DNA of 30,900 nucleotides from a virus (taxonomy: Duplodnaviria > Heunggongvirae > Uroviricota > Caudoviricetes), in the IMG/VR virus record IMGVR_UViG_2619619129_000008. One strand, 5' to 3'. The notes below the pieces were generated by a model. The model had not been told where the DNA came from. It did no database searches and saw nothing but the letters and a program-made list of their open reading frames with translations. Below are positions 1 to 10,152 of this stretch, piece by piece (the stretch's first letter is position 1; every line of letters begins with the position of its first letter). Made by a program: the position numbers and the translations under genes.

Positions 1-147
1 TCAATAAATCCCATCATTGCGATCAACCTCATCCTTAACCATTGATGCGAGCAGTTCTTCCAGTTTCTGCGCTGACAGCTTTACCTGGTGATCTTCAGCA
101 TCTTCCCGGGCTATTGTGGTTCGCGCAGTGGCTGATTTTGCTGACAT
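1..147 (-). CDS. hypothetical small acidic protein (about 47 aa from the MSAKSATARTT... start); function unknown
   Basis: Minus-strand ORF ending with TGA at 1-3 (protein ends ...VDRNDGIY); internal ATG at 145-147. Charged, helix-like composition. No convincing Shine-Dalgarno; the longer 93-aa version would overlap the upstream hairpin. Confidence 0.25.
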   Translation of the reverse strand: MSAKSATARTTIAREDAEDHQVKLSAQKLEELLASMVKDEVDRNDGIY

Positions 148-235
148 CACCACAGGGGGCAGACGGACCATTGAACCATGGCCTCCGGAACAAATAAGGG
201 CAAAAATAACAACCACTATCGAAAGCTCACAAACT

Positions 236-470
236 AACCGCAGCACGTTCCTGTATACGACGTGTCTGCGGCATAATCCCAATGATTACTCCCTGACAGG
301 ATTTGCAGGCCACTCAATATCAGGTGCAGTTGATGTATCAACACGATTCAACAATACCCGATATTTATTCCATGCCTCCAGCAACGATCTTTCTTCCTCC
401 GTTGCGATTTCCAGATCTACAGCATCCTGCAGTGGCGCAATATACTCACTGAATTCCTGGATGTAGAACT
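236..470. repeat. direct repeat copy 1: 3' end of a tfa-like gene plus downstream hairpin, similar to 1286-1520
   Basis: By eye, 236-300 (aaccgcagcacgttc...ggcataatcccaatgattactccctgacagg) matches 1286-1346 nearly base for base; similarity continues into the coding 3' ends (both encode ...[31 protein letters not shown]) and fades after ~230 bp. Confidence 0.7.
238..271 (-). terminator. imperfect GC-rich hairpin downstream of the tfa-like fragment (possible terminator or RNA-stability element)
   Basis: ccgcagcacg (238-247) pairs with cgtgtctgcgg (261-271) with one bulged base; no strong U-tract on either strand. Confidence 0.3.
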
Positions 471-555
471 GTGTGGTGACGGTCTTCCAGCCATTCGGCT
501 CCTGCTGTATCGAAGCATACCAGGCTATTTCAATATCGCTATGCTGCGGCAGCAT
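286..555 (-). CDS. tail fibre assembly protein-like ORF, C-terminal domain only (truncated tfa paralogue or remnant, 89 aa)
   Basis: C-terminal 55 residues nearly identical to the C-terminus of the full Tfa at 1335-1919; N-terminal 35 residues unrelated. Has an ATG at 553-555 preceded by AAGGGG at SD spacing. Confidence 0.5.
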   Translation of the reverse strand: MLPQHSDIEIAWYASIQQEPNGWKTVTTQFYIQEFSEYIAPLQDAVDLEIATEEERSLLEAWNKYRVLLNRVDTSTAPDIEWPANPVRE

Positions 556-611
556 TTAACCCCTTGTAATTCATCGCCATAATTGATTTAATTCACAAAT
601 AAAACTATAAC

Positions 612-1280
612 ATGGTGAAATTAATGAAAAAAAACACAGATGATGGGGCTAAAATTTACACACCACTTACCCTAAAGCTTTATGACTGGTGGGTTTTGGG
701 AGTATCAAATTGGCTTGCATGGGGATGTCCTACAAAGGAACACCTTCTTCCACACTTTCTGGAACATTTAGGTAACAACCATCTGGATATTGGTGTTGGA
801 ACTGGGTTTTACCTTACTCACGTACCTGAGAGTAGTCTGATATCTTTAATGGATTTGAACGAAGCTAGCCTGAACGCGGCATCTACAAGGGCTGGGGAAT
901 CAAAAATTAAACATAAAATTAGCCATGATGTTTTTGAACCTTATCCCGCGGCGTTACATGGTCAATTTGATTCCATTTCCATGTTTTACCTTCTTCACTG
1001 CCTGCCTGGAAATATAACTACAAAAAGCTGTGTAATACGCAATGCGGCGCAGGCCTTAACTGACGATGGAACTCTATACGGAGCCACAATTCTTGGCGAT
1101 GGAGTTGTGCACAATAGCTTCGGTCAAAAACTGATGCGCATTTACAATCAGAAAGGCATCTTTTCAAACACAAAAGATTCCGAAGAAGGCTTAACACATA
1201 TACTCTCAGAGCATTTCGAGAATGTTAAAACCAAGGTTCAAGGTACTGTAGTAATGTTTTCCGCTTCAGGGAAAAAATAG
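612..1280 (+). CDS. class I SAM-dependent methyltransferase (222 aa), substrate unknown; opposite-strand moron
   Basis: Glycine-rich SAM-binding motif LDIGVGTGF about 60 aa from the N-terminus. No DPPY/NPPY (amino-MTase) or PCQ (C5-MTase) motif seen, so probably not a DNA methyltransferase. Visibly AT-rich compared with flanking phage genes. Start may be the second ATG at 624 (GGTGA at SD spacing). Confidence 0.7.
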   Translation: MVKLMKKNTDDGAKIYTPLTLKLYDWWVLGVSNWLAWGCPTKEHLLPHFLEHLGNNHLDIGVGTGFYLTHVPESSLISLMDLNEASLNAASTRAGESKIKHKISHDVFEPYPAALHGQFDSISMFYLLHCLPGNITTKSCVIRNAAQALTDDGTLYGATILGDGVVHNSFGQKLMRIYNQKGIFSNTKDSEEGLTHILSEHFENVKTKVQGTVVMFSASGKK

Positions 1281-1285
1281 CATCC

Positions 1286-1520
1286 AACCGCAGCACGTTC
1301 TTGCTTAAGACGTGCTGCGGCATAATCCCAATGATTACTCCCTGACAGGGTTCGTAGGCCACTCAATATCAGGTGCAGTTGATGTATCAACACGGTTCAG
1401 CAACACCCGATACTTTTTCCAGGCTTCCAGCAATGAGGTTTCTTCCTCCGTTGCAATTTCCAGATCTGCAGCATCCTGAAGCGGCGCAATATGCTCGCTG
1501 GCTACCTGCATCAGGCTGTT
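1286..1520. repeat. direct repeat copy 2: 3' end of tfa plus downstream hairpin
   Basis: See copy 1 (236-470). Confidence 0.7.
1288..1320. terminator. hairpin between the convergent methyltransferase gene and tfa; possible bidirectional terminator
   Basis: ccgcagcacgt (1288-1298) pairs with acgtgctgcgg (1310-1320), an 11-bp stem. Begins 8 nt after the methyltransferase stop and ends 15 nt before the tfa stop. U-tracts are weak. Confidence 0.45.
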
Positions 1521-1919
1521 TTTTGTTTCTTCCGCCTCCCGGATCCGGAACAGTTTTTCTGCTTCTGCATCTTTCACCCAGGCTGTGCCGTTCCACTTCT
1601 GAAACTCCCCTTCCGGGGATAACCAGGTGACATTTTCCGGTAATGAGCCGAGTTCAGAAATAAATAACGCATCGCCGGAAGCCACGTCATAAACCGTTTT
1701 ACCCCGATGATCTTCAACGAGATGCCACGATGCCTCATCACTGTTGAAAACAGCCACAAAGCCAGCAGGAATATCTGGTGGTGCAATATCGGTACTGTTT
1801 GCTGGCAGACCTGTATGAGGCGGAATATATGCATCACCTTCACCAATAAATTCATTAGTTCCGGCCAGCAGATTATAAATTTTTATGGTCCGTGCTTGTT
1901 CACTCATTCTGAATGCCAT
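1335..1919 (-). CDS. tfa: tail fibre assembly protein Tfa (194 aa)
   Basis: Near-identical over its length to remembered lambda Tfa ([47 protein letters not shown]...). Start codon overlaps the stf stop at 1919. Confidence 0.9.
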   Translation of the reverse strand: MAFRMSEQARTIKIYNLLAGTNEFIGEGDAYIPPHTGLPANSTDIAPPDIPAGFVAVFNSDEASWHLVEDHRGKTVYDVASGDALFISELGSLPENVTWLSPEGEFQKWNGTAWVKDAEAEKLFRIREAEETKNSLMQVASEHIAPLQDAADLEIATEEETSLLEAWKKYRVLLNRVDTSTAPDIEWPTNPVRE

Positions 1920-4900
1920 TATGCAAGCCTCACAATATAGTTAAATGCGATGTTTTTGACGGTGTTTTCCGCGTTACCAGCAGCGTTAACGGTGATGGTG
2001 TGTCCATGTGAGCCAATCGCAACCGAGTGCGTATGCGCACCAATACCTACAGTATGTGCATGTGCGCCAGAACTTGCTGCAGTACCAGACAGCGAGTGGG
2101 TATGAGCACCTGCTGACTGTGTCTGAATACGTTGATAATACGATCTACTGGAAGAAGTCCCCGGGCTTACTTGATACTGTGAATCCTTGACATAAGTGAA
2201 CCCACCGCCATCATAAAATGCTAACGCAGAACCGCCGCCTCCTGGCCAACGAATACCATTACCATGAGTATGAGCACCGGCAGACCCCGTAGAGCCACTC
2301 AGACTGTGCGTATGCGCCCCGGTGTTATTCGTGGATTTAGTGCCGTAATCAAACGACGATGTGGTTTTCGTCCCCAAATCCGTACTGGATACGCTGGCGC
2401 TGTGGGTGTGCGATTTAATGCCGTCCTGTTCCTGAGATAATACGGCTCGACCACTGGCAGGTTTGCCCTTAATCGTCCAGCCACGCATATCAGGGATCAC
2501 GCCTGACGGATAAGCGGCTGCAAGTTTTGGGTAGGCAGATTTGTCAAAAGTCTGCCCCTGCATCAGGGCATAACCAGACGGAACGGTATCTGATGGCCAC
2601 GGGATTGGTGCACCGACTGGATAAAACTCTGCAGGAGGATGAGCCGAGGTGTAAAGCTGCGCCCAACCACTTTCAAAACCATAACCGTCTCTTGAAGAAC
2701 GGTAGAACAGACCACCATTTCTGTAATGCGCCTTCATCTGCAAGGTCCGGCAACTTCCGACTCCGGTATAGAAGTTAACCAGAATATAGCTGTCGCCAGA
2801 GCGGGTGACATTGTAAGCGCCTGATTCGGCATTCCATGGAACGCCCCCATCCGCATCGGCATACGCATCCGTTGCTCTTCTGGCAAAAGCAGCCACATGC
2901 GCGGCGGTTAAAGTGATATCAGTAGAACCATCAAATGGAACACCGGATATTTTTCTTGCAGTCTGAAGTTTTGTAGCAGTTGCAGCATTACCAGTGGTGT
3001 TCTGATTACCCGTAGTGTTTACACCTGGAAGGTTAATATTTGCAGAACCGTCGAAAACAACTCCACCGATAGATCTTGCCGTCTGCAATTTCGTGGCTGT
3101 ACTTGCATTACCATTCAATGAACCAGTTAATCCACCTGTAACAGACAACGGACCTGAAACTGTTCCTCCGGTTGTTGGCAGTGCTCCAATATCTAACGGC
3201 GTCGGTTTCTGATGTGTGCTATACATCGTATAAACAACACCATCGCTAACGCTGGAAGGCTTACTCGCTGAATATGTTGGCGATGTATAAATAGAAACTG
3301 TCGCATTTGCAGTACAATCCCAATGGATATTTACACGAGTCGCATAATTGCCAATCTCAACGTAAATATCATATGTATCGCCGGATGTGTTGATCCAGGC
3401 GAAATTCGTTAATCCGACGGCTGTACGCTTCCACAAAGCCCCGGTAATTCCTTTGGGGTTTCCATTGCCTGCTCGTAGAACCAGTTCTGAAATGCCTGCC
3501 TGATGTGGGGAACCGACGTTGTAACCAGCGCCACCAATCAATGCGATGTAAACGATGGAACTCGCTTGTGGCATGGTAACCGTAGCCAGTTTGAACCACC
3601 CAGCCCCGCCAGAGAAAGACATCGTTACTGAATTTAAAGTACCAATATCTTTCGGCGTTAATGTTATATCCGCAGTCAGTGCTTTTCCGTTAACTTTTCG
3701 GTTAGATGGCACCCTGCTATTCGCATTGTCATTGGCTGCTTTAACTGCTTTTGGCGTTGCGGCCAGCGATTCACTGGTGCTATCAACAGCACTGCTAAGT
3801 TTCACAACACCTTTAGTTGTAAGGCTTGCGTCTTCCATCGCAACTGCACCGGCAATCTCTTCAGCACGATCAGCAGCAGCTTCCGCACGGGTCGCAGCGG
3901 ATTCAGCAGCAGTTTTGCTCTGAGATGCTGCCGTCGCACTGCCTGCCGCCTCTGTTGCTTTCGTGGATGCCGTCGTGGCGCTGCCCTTCGCTGCTGACGC
4001 CTGTCTGGTCGCCTCATCTTTTGAAGCAGACGCAGATGATGCCGATGACGCTGCCGAACTGGCGGACGATGCGGCTGCCGTTTTTGAGGATTCTGCACGG
4101 GTTTCCGACGCTTTCGCATTCGTTTCGGATGTCTTCGCTGCGGAAGCAGACCTCGCTGCTGCGCTGGCCTGTACAGCGGCTTCGCCAGCCTTCGTTGTGG
4201 CTGTTGAAGCGGACGATGCAGCACTTTCTGCCGATTTTCCGGCGGCGGTGGCACTGGCTGAGGCCTGCCCGGCACTTGTTGACGCGGCACTGGCAGACGA
4301 CGCAGCCGCTGTTTTTGAGCCTGCCGCAGCTGAGGCACTCTGTCCCGCTGCCGTTTCAGAAGCCTTGGCGTTCGTCTCGGACGTTTTTGCCGCCTTCGCA
4401 GAATTTGCTGTCGCCGTTGCCGAGGAAGCTGCGCTGCTGGCGCTCGAGGCTGCGCTCGTTTCTGATGATTTTGCCGCCTCTTTTGAAGCCGACGCATCCC
4501 GGGCTGAGGTGGCAGCTTCTGACGCTTTCGTGGTCGCGGTGGATGCTGAAGTGGCTGCTGATTGTTGTGACGCTGCCGCATTCGTTTCTGACGTTTTCGC
4601 GGCACTGGCACTGGTAGCTGCCGCGCTTTTTGAGGACTCTGCAGCAGCAGCACTTTTCGATGCTTCACTGGCCTTTGTTGATGCCGTTCCTGCGCTGGAA
4701 GACGCTGACTGAGCCGACGACGCGGCCTGTCCGGCTGACGTGCTGGCTGCGCGTGCTGAGCCTGCAGCATCAGTCGCATGGGTTGCCGCCTCACGGGCTG
4801 ATGTGCCGGCATCGCCGGCTGACTTCTTCGCGGCTGCCGTGTTCTGTGCCACCGCGGACGCGTTACGCGCCACCTCTTCCACCATCAGCTCAAAACGGCG

Positions 4901-5209
4901 CAGTGCCTCTGGCCGGGCATCATCCTCCGTCATGGCACCGAGAAAATCATTCAGCGTACCGGGTCGGGAGTCTTCATACACGGTGATGGTCCCGGCATGT
5001 GACGGCGGGAATCCTTCCACCAACAGAATAACGCTGTACTGACCGTACTCAACGTCCATGCTGTAACGCCCGGCTTCATCCGGGTTTTCTGAGGCCACTG
5101 TGTTCACCACCACCGTGGTGCTGTTGCGCCTGGCCTTTAGCTGAATGGTGCAGTTTTGTATCGGCTTACCTGCGCCATCTTTCAGTACACCTGAAATCCG
5201 TACTGCCAT
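1919..5209 (-). CDS. stf: side tail fibre protein Stf (1096 aa), apparently uninterrupted, with a long Ala/Ser/Thr-rich repeat region
   Basis: Single ORF. N-terminus [38 protein letters not shown]... and C-terminus ...[27 protein letters not shown] match remembered lambda Stf; central ~300 aa is low-complexity A/S/T-rich. Confidence 0.9.
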   Translation of the reverse strand: MAVRISGVLKDGAGKPIQNCTIQLKARRNSTTVVVNTVASENPDEAGRYSMDVEYGQYSVILLVEGFPPSHAGTITVYEDSRPGTLNDFLGAMTEDDARPEALRRFELMVEEVARNASAVAQNTAAAKKSAGDAGTSAREAATHATDAAGSARAASTSAGQAASSAQSASSSAGTASTKASEASKSAAAAESSKSAAATSASAAKTSETNAAASQQSAATSASTATTKASEAATSARDASASKEAAKSSETSAASSASSAASSATATANSAKAAKTSETNAKASETAAGQSASAAAGSKTAAASSASAASTSAGQASASATAAGKSAESAASSASTATTKAGEAAVQASAAARSASAAKTSETNAKASETRAESSKTAAASSASSAASSASSASASKDEATRQASAAKGSATTASTKATEAAGSATAASQSKTAAESAATRAEAAADRAEEIAGAVAMEDASLTTKGVVKLSSAVDSTSESLAATPKAVKAANDNANSRVPSNRKVNGKALTADITLTPKDIGTLNSVTMSFSGGAGWFKLATVTMPQASSIVYIALIGGAGYNVGSPHQAGISELVLRAGNGNPKGITGALWKRTAVGLTNFAWINTSGDTYDIYVEIGNYATRVNIHWDCTANATVSIYTSPTYSASKPSSVSDGVVYTMYSTHQKPTPLDIGALPTTGGTVSGPLSVTGGLTGSLNGNASTATKLQTARSIGGVVFDGSANINLPGVNTTGNQNTTGNAATATKLQTARKISGVPFDGSTDITLTAAHVAAFARRATDAYADADGGVPWNAESGAYNVTRSGDSYILVNFYTGVGSCRTLQMKAHYRNGGLFYRSSRDGYGFESGWAQLYTSAHPPAEFYPVGAPIPWPSDTVPSGYALMQGQTFDKSAYPKLAAAYPSGVIPDMRGWTIKGKPASGRAVLSQEQDGIKSHTHSASVSSTDLGTKTTSSFDYGTKSTNNTGAHTHSLSGSTGSAGAHTHGNGIRWPGGGGSALAFYDGGGFTYVKDSQYQVSPGTSSSRSYYQRIQTQSAGAHTHSLSGTAASSGAHAHTVGIGAHTHSVAIGSHGHTITVNAAGNAENTVKNIAFNYIVRLA

Positions 5210-5220
5210 ATTCCCCCCAC

Positions 5221-5246
5221 AAAAAAGCCCGCCTGAACCGGCGGGC
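5221..5246 (-). terminator. intrinsic terminator downstream of lom
   Basis: GC stem gcccgcc (5227-5233) / ggcgggc (5240-5246), preceded on the plus strand by A6 (5221-5226), which gives a U-tract after the stem on the minus-strand RNA. Confidence 0.6.
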
Positions 5247-5273
5247 TGTCATAACACTGTGTTACCTGGCTAA

Positions 5274-5873
5274 TCAGAATTTATAACCGACACCAACGAT
5301 GAAACTGTTGGTACGCCAGTCACCGCTGCCGGAGCCTTCATAAGCGACGTCAACGGCCACGGATTCGGTCGGGTTAAACTGCACGCCAGCTCCCCACGCC
5401 AGAGACGTGTTGCTGTGGCGACCGTCATCACTTCCGGTCAGCACATCGTGCGTTTTCCCCTTGTTGTCAGTTACGCGGATATAATCCCCGGAGAAAGTCG
5501 ACACACGGCTGTAAGCCATACCCGCCATCGCATACGCGCTGAACCATTCATTCACGCGCACAGACGGCCCCGCCATCACGCTGAACCAGCGATTACGCAC
5601 GGAATCCTCATGCCAGCGGGTATCGCTGTAATGCGTTTTTTGCTCATCTTCAGCGTTGGCATAACTGAATGACGTAATCAGCCCCAGCGTGTCCGTAAAC
5701 TCATAACGGTATTTCACGTTAATCCCGTTCAGATTTTCGCTGCCGGGAGCGTTCGTACGGGCATGAAGATACCCTGCGCTCAGTGTGGCCTGCTGCTCAG
5801 ACGCCCATGCAGGCGCACCGGATACGGCCAGACAGATGGCTGCGGACAAAATGGCTGCACAAACTTTACGCAT
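5274..5873 (-). CDS. lom: Lom/Ail-family outer-membrane beta-barrel protein (199 aa)
   Basis: N-terminal signal peptide (MRKVCAAILSAAICLAVSGAPAWA), alternating beta-strand pattern, C-terminal ...YEGSGSGDWRTNSFIVGVGYKF as in remembered lambda Lom; positioned between J and stf as in lambda. Confidence 0.85.
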   Translation of the reverse strand: MRKVCAAILSAAICLAVSGAPAWASEQQATLSAGYLHARTNAPGSENLNGINVKYRYEFTDTLGLITSFSYANAEDEQKTHYSDTRWHEDSVRNRWFSVMAGPSVRVNEWFSAYAMAGMAYSRVSTFSGDYIRVTDNKGKTHDVLTGSDDGRHSNTSLAWGAGVQFNPTESVAVDVAYEGSGSGDWRTNSFIVGVGYKF

Positions 5874-5894
5874 AATTACCTCTCGCTTTTCTGC

Positions 5895-5920
5895 AATAAA
5901 AAAGGCGCCATTTCTGGCGC
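5895..5920 (-). terminator. intrinsic terminator downstream of J (tJ-like)
   Basis: Stem ggcgcc (5903-5908) / ggcgcc (5915-5920) with loop atttct; A-run 5897-5902 on the plus strand gives a U-tract on the minus-strand RNA. Lies 20-45 nt past the J stop. Confidence 0.6.
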
Positions 5921-5940
5921 CCGTATATGGGTTATAAAAT

Positions 5941-8900
5941 TCAGCTGATACTGATGCCTGCGGTGGCTTTCTTCATCACCACAACCAGCAAATCGCTGAT
6001 ACTTGCTGTGGGATACCAGTCATTTACCAGCCATGCTGACACCGAAAACTCCAGCGTCATGTGGCCGTGACCAGCTGGCATATCAATAACACCACTGTAA
6101 ATCAGCGTATTATCCAGCGCGGTACGGTTATAAATTTCAGCACCATTTTTCTTCACTATCAGGCGGCATGAGGAGTAAATATCAGTATGCTCTCTCTCAT
6201 GTTTAGCACCGCTGAATGCCACCGCCGGAATAACAATCTGCCGGTCAAACGGCTGATCGTCATAAATCCTGACGGTAATGGTCCCTGATGGCCACCGCTC
6301 CGGTGCCCGGGAGTCCCGCGGGAAAGCCTTACCCACTGTTTTGACAATATCGCCTTCAATCTGGTTGGCTGACAGTTTCCCTTTAATCTGACAGTTCTCA
6401 TTTATCGTAACGTTGTTGAGCGTCCCGGCGTTCGCATTCACACTGCCACTGATATCTGCATTTTTAGCGGTCAGCTTTCCGTCCGGTGTCATGGAAAATG
6501 CAGGAGGATTACCGCCGCTGGTAATGGTGGGAGCCGTCAGATATTTCAGGAACACTTCATTCATGAATATCTGATCACCCTGACCAACAAACATCGGTTT
6601 TGTGTTGCCATTCGCAGGATTAATCATCGCAATCCGGTCAGCAGCCAGAAGCACCTGACTCTGCATACCTGCTGGCGTATTCTCAATACCGGCTCCGATA
6701 CCCGCAATATAAAGGCGTCCGTCCTTCATCTGCTGCAGTTTCACGGCCCACATGCTGTTCAGGTTATTATTTGTATCAACCTGAACTTTCTGTATCTGCT
6801 GGATTGCCGCACTCTGGTCTTCCAGTTTTTTATTGACGGTCTGCGTGATTTCATTGCTGACATTCGTAATGGACGTCCTGATTTCAGCCAGGTCCGGCGC
6901 AAGCTGACCGTTATCAATCTGCGTCCACAACTCCTGGGCCAGATGTGTTTTCCCGATTTCTCCTTTGAAAAAATCCAGGTAACCTTCCGCATCATCGCTC
7001 GCCCGACCGACAGCCTCCACGAATGCCGATTTGCCAACGGTGTTCACACTGCGAACGTAAAAATAATAATCATGGCCCGGTTTGATATTGATACTGGCGG
7101 CTATCCAGTACAGCGCCGTACCAAGATAGCGGGCTGTGGTTTCAACCTGCCTGATATCCGCAATCCGCTTTTCCGAGAACCAGAACTCAAACTGTACCGT
7201 CGGATCATAAACCGCAAGATGCGGCGTGGCGGTTATCTGAAAATAGCCCGGCGTCAGCTCAATCCGCGACGGCGCTGCCGGTGCGGCAATCCGGAACGAT
7301 ACCGACGCCGGATCGCCCTGCTGCCCCCACGCATTTACTGCCCGGACTGTCAGCCTGTAGTTCCCCAGAGCCAGTTGTGTGAAGCGGTAAGTGGTTTCCG
7401 TCGTCCGGGCCGTGCTGACCAGCCGCTCACTGCCGTCATCCGCTGTTACGGTCAGGCGAAGCATGAAACTCACGCCCTTCACCACCTTCGGCGTGTCCCA
7501 GCGGGCCAGTACCTGATACTCCCCGCTGTCTGCGGTGACTTCGGCAGTCAGGTGCTGCACTGCTGGCGGCGTGACACCATTCACCGTGCCGCTCTGGTCG
7601 CCGTCAAAGTGCGCCCCGTTATCCACGATAGCTTCTTTTTCCGGTACATGCTGCACGGCGGTGATGGCATACGTGCCGTCGTCGTTCTCACGGATACTCA
7701 CGCAGCGGAACAGGCGCTGGCGCAGCGTCGGCAGCTTCAGCCCCCATACGCTGTATCCGGCAACGCCGTCAGGAACACGGCTCACTTTTACCTTCACGCC
7801 GTCGGTGACGGACTGGACCTCCACGCTGACCGGATTGCCACTTCCGTCAACCAGGCTTATCAGCGTGGTACCGGAGGATGGCAGCGTGATTTCACGGTCG
7901 AGCGTCAGCGTCCGGGTCTGGCTGTTCACCGCCAGCACGCGCCCGCCGGTGCTGATCCCCGCATAGTCATCATCGCAGATTTCAATGACATCGCCCGGCA
8001 CATGGCGAAGCCCTTCCGCACCCACGCTGAAGTCCACGGTCTGCGTTTCCAGTAGTTCCGTTTTAATCAGCCACAGCCCGGCGCGGTGCGCCTGCCCCCG
8101 GCTGGTACAGCCAAAGGCATCCATCTTCGTGACGTTACGACCGTAACGGAGAATGGCCTGCGTATCTTCAACAAGCTCTGTCGCCGTCTCCCAGCCGTTA
8201 TCCGGGTCAATCCAGTTCACCTCAACGGCATTATGACGGTCCTTCAGGGCACTGAAGCTGTAGCGGAACGGCGCGCCATCATCCGGCATCACCACATTAC
8301 TGCAGTTATAGGTCCACACCTTATCCGACGGTCGGTCCTGCACGAACGTCAGCGTCTGCCCGTTCCATACCGGCATACAGCGCATCGCCGAGCAGAAATC
8401 ACTGAGAACATCCCACGCCTTGCGCTGTGTGGTCAGCCAGGCATTACAGGTGATGCGCGGCTCCGTGCCACCAAAGCCATCCGGCACCGACTGGTCGCAA
8501 TTCTGGCCGATGACATACAGCGCCCATTTGTCCACATCCGCCGCACCGAGACGCTTCCCCATGCCGTAGCGCGGATGGGTCAGCATATCCCACAGACACC
8601 AGGCCATGTTGTTGCTGTATGCTGGCTTAAACGTTCCGTCCCAGATACCGCTGTATTGCCGCGTCTGCGGGTTATAGTTCGACGGCACCTGCAGAATGCG
8701 CCCGCGAAGATGATAATTACGGCTCACCTGCTGGCTGCCGAACTGTTCCGAGTCCACCTGCACGCCGACCAGTGCCGTGTTCGGGTAGCACTGTTTCACA
8801 TCGATGATTTCGGTGTATGACGACCAGAGCGTTTTGTTCTGCAGCTGGTCTGTGGTGCTGTCCGGCGTCATTCTGCGCATCCGGATATTAAACGGGCGCG

Positions 8901-9420
8901 GCGGCAGGTTATCCACCACCACCGAGGCCAGATACTGCGAGGTGGTTTTGCCCTTAATGGTGATGTCTTTTTCCGTCACCCAGCCACCATTACGCTGTAT
9001 CTGAACCAGCAGGCGAACTTCCGACGGATTCCGGTCCCCCTTTGAGGTGGTTTCCACCAGTGCCTGCACACCGAAGGTAAAGCGCAGTCGGTCGATGTTT
9101 GCCGACGTGATGGCGCGGGTGATCGGCGTGTCGTATTTCACTTCCGTACCCAACACCGTCTCGGAGCCGGAGGATTCAAATCCCTCCGGCGGAGTCTGCT
9201 CCTGCTCACCAGCCCGGAACACCACCGTGACACCGGCGATGTTGGTATTCCCATCACTGTCCAGCACCGGCGTACTGTTCAGCAGCACGCTTTTTAATCC
9301 ATCCACCGGACCTTCAATCGGCCCTTCACTGATGGCATCAATCACACTCAGCAACTGCGTGGACTTCAGGTTGTCCTTCGCTTCGCGCGGGGTATGCCCC
9401 TTACTGCTTCCTTTACCCAT
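5941..9420 (-). CDS. J: tail tip / host specificity protein J (1159 aa)
   Basis: N-terminal ~800 aa follow remembered lambda J almost residue for residue ([45 protein letters not shown]...); the C-terminal portion departs from it. Confidence 0.95.
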   Translation of the reverse strand: MGKGSSKGHTPREAKDNLKSTQLLSVIDAISEGPIEGPVDGLKSVLLNSTPVLDSDGNTNIAGVTVVFRAGEQEQTPPEGFESSGSETVLGTEVKYDTPITRAITSANIDRLRFTFGVQALVETTSKGDRNPSEVRLLVQIQRNGGWVTEKDITIKGKTTSQYLASVVVDNLPPRPFNIRMRRMTPDSTTDQLQNKTLWSSYTEIIDVKQCYPNTALVGVQVDSEQFGSQQVSRNYHLRGRILQVPSNYNPQTRQYSGIWDGTFKPAYSNNMAWCLWDMLTHPRYGMGKRLGAADVDKWALYVIGQNCDQSVPDGFGGTEPRITCNAWLTTQRKAWDVLSDFCSAMRCMPVWNGQTLTFVQDRPSDKVWTYNCSNVVMPDDGAPFRYSFSALKDRHNAVEVNWIDPDNGWETATELVEDTQAILRYGRNVTKMDAFGCTSRGQAHRAGLWLIKTELLETQTVDFSVGAEGLRHVPGDVIEICDDDYAGISTGGRVLAVNSQTRTLTLDREITLPSSGTTLISLVDGSGNPVSVEVQSVTDGVKVKVSRVPDGVAGYSVWGLKLPTLRQRLFRCVSIRENDDGTYAITAVQHVPEKEAIVDNGAHFDGDQSGTVNGVTPPAVQHLTAEVTADSGEYQVLARWDTPKVVKGVSFMLRLTVTADDGSERLVSTARTTETTYRFTQLALGNYRLTVRAVNAWGQQGDPASVSFRIAAPAAPSRIELTPGYFQITATPHLAVYDPTVQFEFWFSEKRIADIRQVETTARYLGTALYWIAASINIKPGHDYYFYVRSVNTVGKSAFVEAVGRASDDAEGYLDFFKGEIGKTHLAQELWTQIDNGQLAPDLAEIRTSITNVSNEITQTVNKKLEDQSAAIQQIQKVQVDTNNNLNSMWAVKLQQMKDGRLYIAGIGAGIENTPAGMQSQVLLAADRIAMINPANGNTKPMFVGQGDQIFMNEVFLKYLTAPTITSGGNPPAFSMTPDGKLTAKNADISGSVNANAGTLNNVTINENCQIKGKLSANQIEGDIVKTVGKAFPRDSRAPERWPSGTITVRIYDDQPFDRQIVIPAVAFSGAKHEREHTDIYSSCRLIVKKNGAEIYNRTALDNTLIYSGVIDMPAGHGHMTLEFSVSAWLVNDWYPTASISDLLVVVMKKATAGISIS

Positions 9421-9441
9421 TCCTCACGCTCCATAAACGAC

Positions 9442-9463
9442 AAAACCGCCCGCAGGCGGTTTC
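9442..9463 (-). terminator. hairpin in the I-J intergenic gap (terminator-like or attenuator; weak)
   Basis: ccgcc (9446-9450) / ggcgg (9455-9459) with short flanking A/T runs. Confidence 0.25.
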
Positions 9464-9480
9464 ACATAAAACATTTTGCA

Positions 9481-10152
9481 TCAGCGACCAATCACCACAA
9501 CCTGACCACCGTCCCCTTCGTCTGCCGTGCTGATCTCCTGAGAAACCACGCGTGACCCCACGCGCATTTCCCCGTACAGAACAGGCAGAACATTGCCCTG
9601 GGCAACCATGTTATCCAGTGAGGAGAAATAGGTGTTCTGCTTACCGTTATCCGTTGTCTGTGTACGGGGAGTTCTGGCTTTCGGTGCCAGCATCTGCGCC
9701 ACACCACCGAGCACCATACTGGCACCGAGAGAAAACAGGATGCCGGTCATACCACCGGCCCCAATGGCTGCCCCCCATGCTGCAAGGGTGGCTCCGGCGG
9801 TAAAGAATGATCCGGCAATGGCGGCAGCCCCCAGGACAATCTGGAATACGCCACCTGACTTGGCCCCGGCGACTCTGGGAACAATATGAATCACAGCGCC
9901 ATCAGGCAGAGTCTCATGTAACTGCGCCGTTAACCCGGACGTGCTGACGTCCCGCCCGGCAATCCGTACCTGATACCAGCCGTCGCTCAGTTTCTGACGA
10001 AACGCCGGGAGCTGTGTGGCCAGTGCCCGGATGGCTTCAGCCCCCGTTTTCACACGAAGGTCGATGCGGCGACCAAATCGTTGCAAATCCCCGTAAAGGC
10101 AGATGCGCGCCATGCCCGGTGACGCCAGAGGGAGTGTGTGCGTCGCTGCCAT
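9481..10152 (-). CDS. I: tail tip assembly protein I (223 aa)
   Basis: Length and sequence as remembered for lambda gpI; overlaps the end of K by 103 nt as in lambda. Confidence 0.9.
   Translation of the reverse strand: MAATHTLPLASPGMARICLYGDLQRFGRRIDLRVKTGAEAIRALATQLPAFRQKLSDGWYQVRIAGRDVSTSGLTAQLHETLPDGAVIHIVPRVAGAKSGGVFQIVLGAAAIAGSFFTAGATLAAWGAAIGAGGMTGILFSLGASMVLGGVAQMLAPKARTPRTQTTDNGKQNTYFSSLDNMVAQGNVLPVLYGEMRVGSRVVSQEISTADEGDGGQVVVIGR

Noticed and set aside
116-466. 116-aa plus-strand ORF
   Set aside because: Runs antisense across the tfa-like fragment and through the hairpin; no SD; composition typical of antisense reading.
3802-4812. 336-aa Arg/Gln/Pro-rich minus-strand ORF and the 249-aa Ala/Asp-rich plus-strand ORF (3963-4712), plus the 3826-4617 plus-strand ORF
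   Set aside because: All lie entirely inside the stf Ala/Ser/Thr repeat region and are alternative-frame or antisense readings of the same periodic sequence; extreme low-complexity composition and no independent start signals.
6943-8820. Long plus-strand ORFs (370, 143 and 244 aa) inside J
   Set aside because: Antisense to a strongly supported, lambda-like J frame; Arg/Pro-rich composition as expected for the reverse frame of GC-rich coding DNA; no start signals.
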